A stretch of 64,000 nucleotides of DNA from an uncultured Phycisphaerales bacterium (GTDB taxonomy: Bacteria > Planctomycetota > Phycisphaerae > Sedimentisphaerales > Anaerobacaceae), in contig CAVYYI010000001.1 of assembly GCA_963772725.1 (NCBI GenBank), positions 736,001 through 800,000 of the forward strand, read 5' to 3'. Both the position numbers and the translations under genes were made by a program. Below are positions 23,252 through 31,953 of the stretch, in pieces. The first letter of the stretch is position 1; the number at the start of each line of letters is the position of its first letter. The notes below the pieces were generated by a model. The model did no database searches. It saw only the letters and a program-made list of their open reading frames with translations, and was not told the DNA's origin.

Positions 23252-23866
23252 ATGTGCCAGTTGCCAAGAACCCAGCCAAAGTCAATAGCATTAACAGAAC
23301 AGATGATTTTCGGTTTTACCGAATACCCAGATACTTTTCCATCGGCGGATATTGAAAAGCTGCAAAATATGCTCGAAAGCTTTAATCAGGCCAAAAAAGA
23401 ATTTAACGATTGCCTGTCTCTTTATAAACAGGCAGGAGAAAAGCAGAAACAGGCCTTCGAGGACTTAAAAGGCGTGATAGCCAATCAGGTAAAAACCGCT
23501 CAGGTCGATACGGCGGATAATCCTGTCAAACTCGGCCTTATCGGCTTTGGCGCAAGAAGAAAGAGAACCTCTGTCAATCTGCCCGCCCAGCCGGAACTTC
23601 TAAGGGCAGAATCTCTTGCCGCAGGCGTAGTAAAGCTGCAATGGCAAAAGATTTTAAAGCCGGGTTGCGGCCCTGTGAGAAGCTTTATTATCGAATCGAG
23701 AATAATAAACGGCAGTATCGGCAACTGGCTTTTGGCGGGGATGTCCTTCAACTGCGAAACAGTCTTAAAAGACCAGCCGACAGGGGTGAAACTGGAATAC
23801 CGGATAATCGCCGCGAATCATTCAGGAAAAAGCTGCGCAAGCAATACAATGGCAATCATCTTGTGA
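23252..23866 (+). CDS. Protein with helical N-terminus and C-terminal fibronectin type III domain, no signal peptide
   Basis: PAQP..L...VKLQW...F.IE...LEYRIIAAN..G...SNT Fn3 pattern; GGGGG RBS. Confidence 0.8.
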   Translation: MCQLPRTQPKSIALTEQMIFGFTEYPDTFPSADIEKLQNMLESFNQAKKEFNDCLSLYKQAGEKQKQAFEDLKGVIANQVKTAQVDTADNPVKLGLIGFGARRKRTSVNLPAQPELLRAESLAAGVVKLQWQKILKPGCGPVRSFIIESRIINGSIGNWLLAGMSFNCETVLKDQPTGVKLEYRIIAANHSGKSCASNTMAIIL

Positions 23867-24337
23867 AGCGTATTTTGTGAAGCGTCAAATGACGCTATAC
23901 CCACGACGCAATACGCAATACTCATTACGCAGAACGAATTTTTCCCGCAAAGGGGCAAAAGAGGCAAAGATTTTTAGACGGGATTAACCGGATAATCATG
24001 TTATCCTGTCAAAAAAACGTTAAACGCTGCCAAGTAGCTTATCTATTTAAACATCTTTTCGTAAAAATGAGAGATTTTTAAAAAATTCAAATTTTTATGT
24101 CACATTTTATTAAAGAAATACGCCTTTATTGAACAAGGGATATTATGCGAGATTTTGAGAGAATATAAAAAAACTGTGGAGAGACCATAACATCGCAAAA
24201 AGAAATCCTTCAAGATAGAGGAGTAAAAAAATATTTATTTTTTTTAATATTGATAATTATAGGGAGTATGTTTATATTACAAAATTAAAGGTGTTAATGA
24301 GAAAAATAAATGCGGAATATTTTTAGGGACAAGCACT

Positions 24338-25993
24338 ATGTATAAGGCAAGAGTTGTAATCACGGTGGTGGCATTCTATCTGTTGTTAGTTCAATTAAAC
24401 GCGAGCATATTGGCTGATACATTGGAACTGTTCAAACAGGCTGATAGCTATATCAAGGGCAAGAACTACCAGAAAGCCGAGCAGATTTATCTTGCAATCG
24501 TAACAAATTATCCCGACAGCAATGAGGCTATGAAAGCGCAGAAGGAACTGGTGAACGTTTATATCACAACAAAAGACGAGGCAAAGACAGAAGCAGCCTA
24601 TAATAAATTAGTCGCCGATTACAGTGGATACGCGAATCTGCCGTTTATGCTTTATTCGATTGCACGGAAATACGAATCGCCGGGTGTGAAACAATATGAA
24701 AAGGCAGTAAATGTCTATCAGCAGATAATACAGAAATACCCCAACAGCTCATCTGCCGAAAAGGCAAAATTCGATATTCCCAAGGTAAATATTTTGTCCC
24801 TCATAGATGCGGACAAAGGCGCAGAGGCACAATCGGCTATTGCAGGTCTAATAGCCGACTTTAACGATAACCCGCTTGTGCCGACCACACTTTACAACAT
24901 GGCACAGGGATGCGAAAAGGCCAGGAAATATGAACTGGCAAAAGGCATTTATCAGGAAATAGTACAGCATTATCCTTCAGATTCCTATGCTGATAAGGCA
25001 AAGCCGAATATCGAAAAGATTAACGGCTTGCTGCTGATTAATGCAAAGGATACAGCAAACGCGGCTCTCGCGGTGGATAAGCTAATTTCGGACTTTACCG
25101 GCAATCCTGAATTGCCGGCGGCGCTGTACCAACTTGCAGGACAATATGTCAGCAGGAGCGAACATGCCAGGGCCCAAACCCTTTACCTGACAATTGTAGC
25201 CGATTATCCAAGTTCGAGCTATGCGACAGCATCGAAACGGCGGCTGGTAAATCTGGGTGTAACTATTAAGGATGCAAACGAGGCGCAGAATGCCTTTGCG
25301 AGCCTGCTCGCCGATTTTAACGATGTCAACGGGGTATCAGAGCAGATTTTCGCTATCGGCGAGCAGTATTACACAAAGGCATTTAATTGCAGAAAAAGTG
25401 GGGACCCTAATGGCGCAAGAGATAATTTAGTAAAGGCAATACAGATGTGGGAACAGATAATAAAAAGGCCGGTGAAATCGGTTGTTGTTCAGGATGCCTA
25501 TTATTTCGCCGCTTATAGCAGTCTGCGGATTGGGGAATATCAAAAGGCGATTGACTACTGGCAGAAGCTTGTTGCAGATTACCCTGACTATCAATACGCA
25601 TGGCATGCACAGTATCGCATCGGCAACTGTTATACGACAATGGCTAATAAGGGGCTTATCACAGAATCACAGGCCAAAGTTAAATTTGAGGAAGCCTACT
25701 CTTTACTTTTAGAAAAATATCCCGATTGCACTGCGGCTAAGAGAGCGTCCGGTACGCTTGCCGCTATGAATTTTAAGAGTCAGATGTGGGAAAACGCGGC
25801 TAAGTATTTTGAGATGTATCTTGGCTATTTCAAGGATGAGCCGCGACCGGTGCAGGTTGTCTATAAATTGGCGCAATGTTATGAAAAACTGGGCAATATC
25901 GAAATGGCTGGAAAATATTACAGCGAATACGCCCAGTTAGCCAAACTCGATGCGGCAGGAATAAAGTCGCTGGAAGAGCGATTGTCAAAATAG
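24338..25993 (+). CDS. Secreted tetratricopeptide-repeat protein (BamD/YbgF-like repeats)
   Basis: Signal peptide; repeated Y..A...Y..I...YP.S..A..A units. Confidence 0.88.
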   Translation: MYKARVVITVVAFYLLLVQLNASILADTLELFKQADSYIKGKNYQKAEQIYLAIVTNYPDSNEAMKAQKELVNVYITTKDEAKTEAAYNKLVADYSGYANLPFMLYSIARKYESPGVKQYEKAVNVYQQIIQKYPNSSSAEKAKFDIPKVNILSLIDADKGAEAQSAIAGLIADFNDNPLVPTTLYNMAQGCEKARKYELAKGIYQEIVQHYPSDSYADKAKPNIEKINGLLLINAKDTANAALAVDKLISDFTGNPELPAALYQLAGQYVSRSEHARAQTLYLTIVADYPSSSYATASKRRLVNLGVTIKDANEAQNAFASLLADFNDVNGVSEQIFAIGEQYYTKAFNCRKSGDPNGARDNLVKAIQMWEQIIKRPVKSVVVQDAYYFAAYSSLRIGEYQKAIDYWQKLVADYPDYQYAWHAQYRIGNCYTTMANKGLITESQAKVKFEEAYSLLLEKYPDCTAAKRASGTLAAMNFKSQMWENAAKYFEMYLGYFKDEPRPVQVVYKLAQCYEKLGNIEMAGKYYSEYAQLAKLDAAGIKSLEERLSK

Positions 25994-26129
25994 TTTTTAG
26001 TGCTGAGTCTTTAGTTTTGAGTTTGAGATTTTTTTTTAATTGGGATTTGTTTCGGAATTCGTGCTTCGTGTTTTCTTACGCGATACGCAATACGCACGAC
26101 GCAATACGAAAGGAAACGGAGAAAATGCT

Positions 26130-27269
26130 ATGGAAGGAATAAGACTTAAGGCTATAATTGGCATTATGATTTGTATGACAATGTTATCAATTAACCTTAT
26201 GTCTGTTATTGCCTGTCCGCCTGACCCACCGGACTGTTATGATGATGGAGATTGTTATGGCTGTGAGTCCTGTGTAGATGGTGAGTGTACAAACAATTGT
26301 GACACTGAAACCGAATCCTGCTGCGACAATATAATCTGTTACGACTATGATACAAAACAATGCTGCGGGTATGAAAATGGAAAAACGTGTAATAATGACG
26401 AAACTTGCTGCGAAGAATATTGTTGCAACAATGAGTGTGAGACTTGCTGTGAAGATAAATGTTGCGATACATCAAACTGTGAAGTCTGCGTATTAGAAGA
26501 AAATAACACTTGTAAGCAATTGGAATTAAAAAGTGAAACTTGGGTTACAATACCGGAAGATAGAACCCGTACCACAATTGGGATCGGCGAAGCAGTGTTA
26601 TGTTATACCGATCCGCCTGTTTCCGTTGAATGGTCGGTTTCAGGCGATGGTTTTGTATCTCCAACACAAAATCCCTATACATGGTATTTTGCAATAAAAA
26701 GTCCTGGTAGCGGAACTGTTAAAGCAAAATTTGGAACATGTGGATGTGAGAAGACTAAAACCTTTACGGTAATTGCACCAAATGGTATGACAGTTTCACT
26801 CGACCAAGATTATAGTCTTGGAACACTTGGCCCACCAAATAATAATATTGGTTGTTCATCAAAGTTTCTTTGCGTGGTATTATCTACCAGCGTTAATTTC
26901 TATGCTGTTTCTTTTCAAGAAAACATTCCAGGCGATACATGGATATGGCCTGATGGTACACCTGATAGTTTTTCATCAAGAATTGTCTCATGGTCAGTTG
27001 GAACAATTAATGGGCAACATAATGCAACGACAGATGTTAGTACTGAACCTCTAAAGCCTATTATTCGATTATGGAATGATTCTAATTATATTGACCATTC
27101 CCATACAATTAGAGTGCCGGAGGAATATTTAAATCAAAACAATGTTTGGACGTCATGGCTCTCAGGTGAAGTGCATCCTAAACAATACCGTGGATCGGAT
27201 CAGGCCGGACGAACATATATACAAGCATCGAATACTGCATACGGTAATTGGATGGGGCCTTGGCAATAA
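26130..27269 (+). CDS. Secreted or lipoprotein with acidic Cys-rich N-terminal region, beta-rich middle and unknown C-terminal domain
   Basis: GGAGA RBS before ATG 26130; hydrophobic leader ending VIA-C, then CPPDPPDC...CC-rich tract. Confidence 0.8.
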   Translation: MEGIRLKAIIGIMICMTMLSINLMSVIACPPDPPDCYDDGDCYGCESCVDGECTNNCDTETESCCDNIICYDYDTKQCCGYENGKTCNNDETCCEEYCCNNECETCCEDKCCDTSNCEVCVLEENNTCKQLELKSETWVTIPEDRTRTTIGIGEAVLCYTDPPVSVEWSVSGDGFVSPTQNPYTWYFAIKSPGSGTVKAKFGTCGCEKTKTFTVIAPNGMTVSLDQDYSLGTLGPPNNNIGCSSKFLCVVLSTSVNFYAVSFQENIPGDTWIWPDGTPDSFSSRIVSWSVGTINGQHNATTDVSTEPLKPIIRLWNDSNYIDHSHTIRVPEEYLNQNNVWTSWLSGEVHPKQYRGSDQAGRTYIQASNTAYGNWMGPWQ

Positions 27270-27312
27270 AAATATTGACAATTAACAGATTGAGAAAATA
27301 GGAGATAAAACT

Positions 27313-28122
27313 ATGTATACACATAAGGATTATTTAAAAGTGTTGGCGAAGTTAATGATTGTTATCGTTTTTATTATGAGCTCAGACGGTTATTCTAAAG
27401 ACCCAAACGTATTACTTGAAAAAAATCTATCAGAGATTGTTGCTAAAGACAGAGGTGGGGGAACTGATATCAAAAAGCTGGAGGATGATTGTCTCTCGCT
27501 GCTGAGCGACAATAATTCGCCTGAAGAGAAAGGTATAATTTATTCGAAAATTGCTTTAATGTATGCCGGCAAAGGATATTCCTCGCCAAACGATATCCGG
27601 ATACAAAAAACAACCGAATATTCTATGAAGGCATTGGGACATCCCTTAGATGTTGTTACATCTTCTAAAATATATGCGTGCCTTGCTGACTCCCAAATTG
27701 CTCCATATTGGCACAGCTCACATACAGAATTTATCAAAGCAAGGCGTGAAGCTATATTAACAATTTTATCAGGCATTAAACTTGTTTTGGAAAATAACGC
27801 CCCTAAATATATAAAAGAACCTCCTCCCCCCGTAGGTAAATATGAAGTTGATTCAACAAGCCCAGATTATGAAAAAGTAGTTAAAAAGCACGATGAGCAG
27901 ATGGCAGCACGTAAAAAATGGGAATTTGAGCAAAATTTATACTTCCAAAGAGATATATTAACCGGATTATGTGTTTCTTTATATTCTCATAAGCCATACA
28001 ATACGGGCGAGCTGGAAAATTTTGCCCGCGAAAAGCTCAAAGGCCATGATGATGCTATTGATGAAATAATGGCAAAGGTACAAGAAAGAATTCAACAACG
28101 AAGTAAATATAAATTAGACTAA
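27313..28122 (+). CDS. Secreted helical hypothetical protein, partner of the upstream Cys-rich protein
   Basis: AGGAG RBS, signal peptide, 269-aa open frame. Confidence 0.8.
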   Translation: MYTHKDYLKVLAKLMIVIVFIMSSDGYSKDPNVLLEKNLSEIVAKDRGGGTDIKKLEDDCLSLLSDNNSPEEKGIIYSKIALMYAGKGYSSPNDIRIQKTTEYSMKALGHPLDVVTSSKIYACLADSQIAPYWHSSHTEFIKARREAILTILSGIKLVLENNAPKYIKEPPPPVGKYEVDSTSPDYEKVVKKHDEQMAARKKWEFEQNLYFQRDILTGLCVSLYSHKPYNTGELENFAREKLKGHDDAIDEIMAKVQERIQQRSKYKLD

Positions 28123-28163
28123 TACCATTCGGGACAGTTGCTTATTTAAAACGCTAGATTTAA

Positions 28164-28186
28164 TAAGCTCTTTGACAAGTTCATAG
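28164..28186 (+). repeat. 23-bp direct repeat, copy 1 (contains boxA-like GCTCTTTGACAA)
   Basis: taagctctttgacaagttcatag; 22/23 identical to 34059-34081. Confidence 0.75.
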
Positions 28187-28187
28187 C

Positions 28188-28820
28188 GTGTTTTTGGGTA
28201 AGGCAAAAGCGCTTTACACAAAACTTATCGCGGATTATCCCGGCTCGGCTGTCGCGGCATCATCGAAAAGACAGCTTGTAAGTCTGGGCGTTATCTTTAA
28301 GGATGCAAACGAGGTTCAGAATGCTTTCACAAATCTGGTGTCCGATTTTAACGATGTCAACGGGGTATCAGAGCAGATTTTCGCTATCGGCGAGCAGTAT
28401 TACGCCAGGGCGCAAAGCTGCCAGAAAAGAAAGGATGTCAACGGCACAAAAGATAATTACGCAAAGGCGATACAGACGTGGGAACAGATAATAAAAAGGC
28501 CTATGAAATCCAAATCTCTTGTTGTTGCCGAGGCGCATTACGCGACCGGGCTTTGTTATCGCGCTCTTGGCGAATATCAAAAAGCGGCGGATGCGTTTGC
28601 TAATTCTTATCTGTTGGAGCCTAACTTCCAATATGCGGATTATTGCCTGTTTGAGAATATAAGGTGTTATTCAAGGCTGGCAAGAGAGAGCAAGATTTCC
28701 AGTTGTGAGGCATTTTATAATTCAATTCTGTTTTATAATGAACTGACGGGCAAGTTTTCGACAAGCAAATATATTCCTTATGCCCAGAGATGGCTGAGTG
28801 TATGCGAGGTTGAAAAATAA
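28188..28820 (+). CDS. TPR protein; 5'-truncated paralog of the central part of 24338-25993, possibly a pseudogene
   Basis: ADYP.S..A..SKR.LV.LGV..KDANE.QNAF..L..DFNDVNGVSEQIFAIGEQYY shared with the upstream TPR protein; no signal peptide. Confidence 0.75.
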   Translation: MFLGKAKALYTKLIADYPGSAVAASSKRQLVSLGVIFKDANEVQNAFTNLVSDFNDVNGVSEQIFAIGEQYYARAQSCQKRKDVNGTKDNYAKAIQTWEQIIKRPMKSKSLVVAEAHYATGLCYRALGEYQKAADAFANSYLLEPNFQYADYCLFENIRCYSRLARESKISSCEAFYNSILFYNELTGKFSTSKYIPYAQRWLSVCEVEK

Positions 28821-28893
28821 TAGAGATAAAGTTCGTGGTTCAGAAGCTGGAATCAGTGCAATCTATGCCGAATTAATTATCAAGGATTCGAAA

Positions 28894-29823
28894 ATGAGCA
28901 AAGACAAAGAAAAGAACATAAATGGTGAACAGCCCTCCAAAGAGACTGAATCGAATCTTTGTGAACTGGCGGAAAATTATATCTCCCGCCGTAAACTCTT
29001 AAGCGATGCCGGTAAAACTGCCCTTGGGGGAGCGATGGCGTTTTTCGGATTGAGCATATTCTCCGAGGGGAAGAAGGCAGAAGGGTGTATTCCTCCCTGC
29101 GGCGGCTGCGACCCCTGCGATGGTTGTGATGTAACCTGCGACATGGCCTGTGATGTAACCTGCGAAGTGGCCTGTGAGATAGTCTGCGACATCTGTGAAG
29201 TCTGCGAAACGTCCTGTGATTTAAGCTGTGAAACGGGCTGCGAGGTAACCTGTGAAGCCTGCGAACCGGGTTGTGATTCAACCTGTGAAACGGGCTGCGA
29301 GGTAACCTGCGAAACAGGCTGCGAGGCAACCTGTGAAGCCTGCGAACCGAGCTGTGATTCAACCTGTGAAACAGGCTGCGAGGTCACCTGCGAAACAGGC
29401 TGTGAGGTAAGCTGTGAAGCCTGCGAACCGAGTTGTGATTCAACCTGTGAAACGGGCTGCGAGGTAGCCTGTGAAACTGGCTGTGAGGTAACCTGTGAAA
29501 CGAGTTGCGAGGTAGCCTGCGAAACCTGCGAAACAGGTTGTGAGGTAACCTGCGAAGCCTGCGAACCGAGCTGTGATTCAACCTGCGAAACGGGATGTGA
29601 AATAACTTGTGAAACTATCTGTGAGATAAACTGTGAGACGGGTTGTGAGATAACTTGTGAAGCCTGCGAAACGGGCTGCGAAGTAACCTGCGAAACGGGC
29701 TGCGAAGTAACCTGCGAAACGGGCTGTGAGGTAACCTGCGAAACAGGTTGTGAGGTAAGCTGTGAGACAACTTACGATGATTGCGGCTCTACTGATGTCT
29801 GCACAGATCCATGTGAAACATAA
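28894..29823 (+). CDS. Cys-x-x-x repeat protein with twin-arginine-like leader; candidate radical SAM target (precursor)
   Basis: AAGGA RBS; SRRKLL, hydrophobic stretch, AEG, then a 245-aa core of CEVT/CETG/CDST/CEPS/CEA units with ~63 Cys. Confidence 0.88.
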   Translation: MSKDKEKNINGEQPSKETESNLCELAENYISRRKLLSDAGKTALGGAMAFFGLSIFSEGKKAEGCIPPCGGCDPCDGCDVTCDMACDVTCEVACEIVCDICEVCETSCDLSCETGCEVTCEACEPGCDSTCETGCEVTCETGCEATCEACEPSCDSTCETGCEVTCETGCEVSCEACEPSCDSTCETGCEVACETGCEVTCETSCEVACETCETGCEVTCEACEPSCDSTCETGCEITCETICEINCETGCEITCEACETGCEVTCETGCEVTCETGCEVTCETGCEVSCETTYDDCGSTDVCTDPCET

Positions 29824-29915
29824 GCGGCTGCGGAACTAAAAACAGAATTGAATTTCGTGGCAAAGATTTAAACCTGTAGAAATCGCAGTAGTAAAATTAC
29901 ATAATGGTTACGGTT

Positions 29916-30980
29916 ATGGAAGGATTGCAAATGAACAGAGTTAAATATGCTGCAGGACTTATTTTGCTGGCGGTTGTTTTAGCTGTGCAGGCATGTCCCC
30001 CGCCGCCGCCGTGCGGCTGTGACCCGCCATGCGATACCGCTAACTGTATGAAGTGTAATGCAAACCTTAACTGTGTTTCTAAGTGTACTGCGGGGACGGT
30101 TTGCGATGGCAGCGGAAATTGCGTAGAAGGTTGTCCACAGCTTACATTGGAATTAACATCTCCAGGCAGTGGCGATAAATTAACATTTAACTCTGCAAAT
30201 CCCGGGGTATTATCAATATATTGTGATGCAAAGATAATTAGTGGAATTGCCTGTGACAAAAGCAAAATAAGTTTTGATTGTGATAGTATCGGAAATTCCA
30301 CCAAGACCATAAGTGCAGTTAACTTAAGTGGTGGTCATTATACTTGTACAATCACGTTCACAAATCTGCCTAGCAATAATAGTGGTTTTGGTAGTAAAAC
30401 CGTTAGGGTCAAATGTGGGGGCGCTGTAGAAGATTCGAAAAATATCAAAGTATTTTATCCTGGAAAAGCAACTAATCATCCGGGTGGACAAACGCCAAAT
30501 TGGTTTTATTATTATAAACAGAATGCTGGTGGCGGATTATATAAATATACGTCAGCGGGACGGTCTATAAGTGTCTCCGGTGGTGGTGACTCTACAATAT
30601 ACATAGGTAACGAGGCTTATGATGGTGACCAATACATTATTACAACAATAAGCAATGGCTATTTAACAGCGACAGGAATATCTTCAACTAATTATTATTA
30701 TGCAAATTTTTTAGGTGTTTTGGCACATGAGAGACAACATGCAAGTAATCAAACAAATTCTGGTCCACCAATTGATAGTGATTCTGACCGCCTTTCAAAT
30801 ACATTTGAAACAGGTACAAGTCATACAAAACCCAATGATCCATTTAGCGCTCACGGGTTTTTGCCAGCCTTAGCTCCTTGGTATGATAGGGAAATTTATG
30901 CAGGTGGACCAGTGGAACAGGCTGGAATCGGTGGAGCGAATACGTCACAAGATTGGGCAAATCCTGGTTCAAATTATTAG
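29916..30980 (+). CDS. Secreted or lipoprotein with Cys/Pro-rich N-terminus, Ig-like region and C-terminal HExxH motif (possible metallopeptidase)
   Basis: Leader ending VQA-C, CPPPPPCGCDPPC, LAHERQH, and a DSDSD.L...E Ca-binding-like motif. Confidence 0.78.
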   Translation: MEGLQMNRVKYAAGLILLAVVLAVQACPPPPPCGCDPPCDTANCMKCNANLNCVSKCTAGTVCDGSGNCVEGCPQLTLELTSPGSGDKLTFNSANPGVLSIYCDAKIISGIACDKSKISFDCDSIGNSTKTISAVNLSGGHYTCTITFTNLPSNNSGFGSKTVRVKCGGAVEDSKNIKVFYPGKATNHPGGQTPNWFYYYKQNAGGGLYKYTSAGRSISVSGGGDSTIYIGNEAYDGDQYIITTISNGYLTATGISSTNYYYANFLGVLAHERQHASNQTNSGPPIDSDSDRLSNTFETGTSHTKPNDPFSAHGFLPALAPWYDREIYAGGPVEQAGIGGANTSQDWANPGSNY

Positions 30981-31054
30981 AATTTACTTAATATTACTGC
31001 TGGAAAAATGTTTAAAATAATAAATAATTAGTTTAAAAATAAAAGGAAAAAATA

Positions 31055-31951
31055 ATGCAAACAAAAAAAGTAATATATATCTTAGCCTTGTCTTTTTTTT
31101 GTGGAATGGCTTTTGGTGATGAAGTTATGTTGACAACAAACGAATTTAAGTTAGATTTTCAACTGCAAAGTTTTCAATGGAAAAAGACCTTATCAGAAAC
31201 AGAAAAACAAAAAGTCATATCAGCCCTTGCCTCAGAAAAAGAGCCGATTGTTGATTCCGCATTGAAAGTTGCGGCCATTCATGAAATTAAGGAGGCTGTT
31301 CCAACCATAAGAAAAGGTATAAATGTTTCTGATATTGAACTTAATCTATTTGCAACACTTACCGCTGATGCTATTACTTCCAATAAGAGCCTCCATAAAC
31401 AAATGAAAACTACGATTTTCCCAAAAGAAGCAGGTGCGGAGGATATTGAAAAAGTTAAAGATGATATCATTTGGGTAGAAGTTGTTAAGGAAACAAAATC
31501 TCACAGAAGCGGAGTAAAAACGACTACGAGACTGAAAGGATTAAAATTATCAAAATTAGAAAATAAACTTTTGAATAAAGCTAATAAAAAAAATGATGCG
31601 GCGATTAATGAAATAATTGACAGTTTATCAAAAGCAGAAATAGCTGGAGCTGATGAATATGATCTTAGGTGTATTCTAAGAACATATGAACCCAATTCTG
31701 TAACGGCTGTTATACAAAAACTATCAAACGAAAACCAAGTAAAAGATATGTCGGTTTATGGGAAAATTGAGCTTTTAAGGTTTCTTCAGATATCCTCTTA
31801 TACCATGCCCGAAGAAGACAGACAACGGTGTAAAAAGATTTTTGAGCATTTCTTAACTGAGGATAATCCGGACATAAGTAGAGAGGCGTTTGGGGATCTT
31901 GAGACTGTGAAACAACTCGAAGCCTTAGAAATTTCTGAAAAACAAGAGTAA
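31055..31951 (+). CDS. Secreted helical (HEAT-like) hypothetical protein, partner of the upstream protein
   Basis: AAGGA RBS, signal peptide ending AFG, 298-aa open frame. Confidence 0.78.
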   Translation: MQTKKVIYILALSFFCGMAFGDEVMLTTNEFKLDFQLQSFQWKKTLSETEKQKVISALASEKEPIVDSALKVAAIHEIKEAVPTIRKGINVSDIELNLFATLTADAITSNKSLHKQMKTTIFPKEAGAEDIEKVKDDIIWVEVVKETKSHRSGVKTTTRLKGLKLSKLENKLLNKANKKNDAAINEIIDSLSKAEIAGADEYDLRCILRTYEPNSVTAVIQKLSNENQVKDMSVYGKIELLRFLQISSYTMPEEDRQRCKKIFEHFLTEDNPDISREAFGDLETVKQLEALEISEKQE

Positions 31952-31953
31952 TA

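Noticed and set aside
28880..29581. Minus-strand repetitive ORFs (SQPVSQVT and RRLHRLPR repeats)
   Set aside because: They are antisense shadows of the CXXX gene. The plus-strand frame has the RBS, leader and operon context.
29086..29823. Multiheme cytochrome or polyferredoxin
   Set aside because: The core has no His, so no CxxCH, and it lacks regular CxxCxxCxxxCP motifs.
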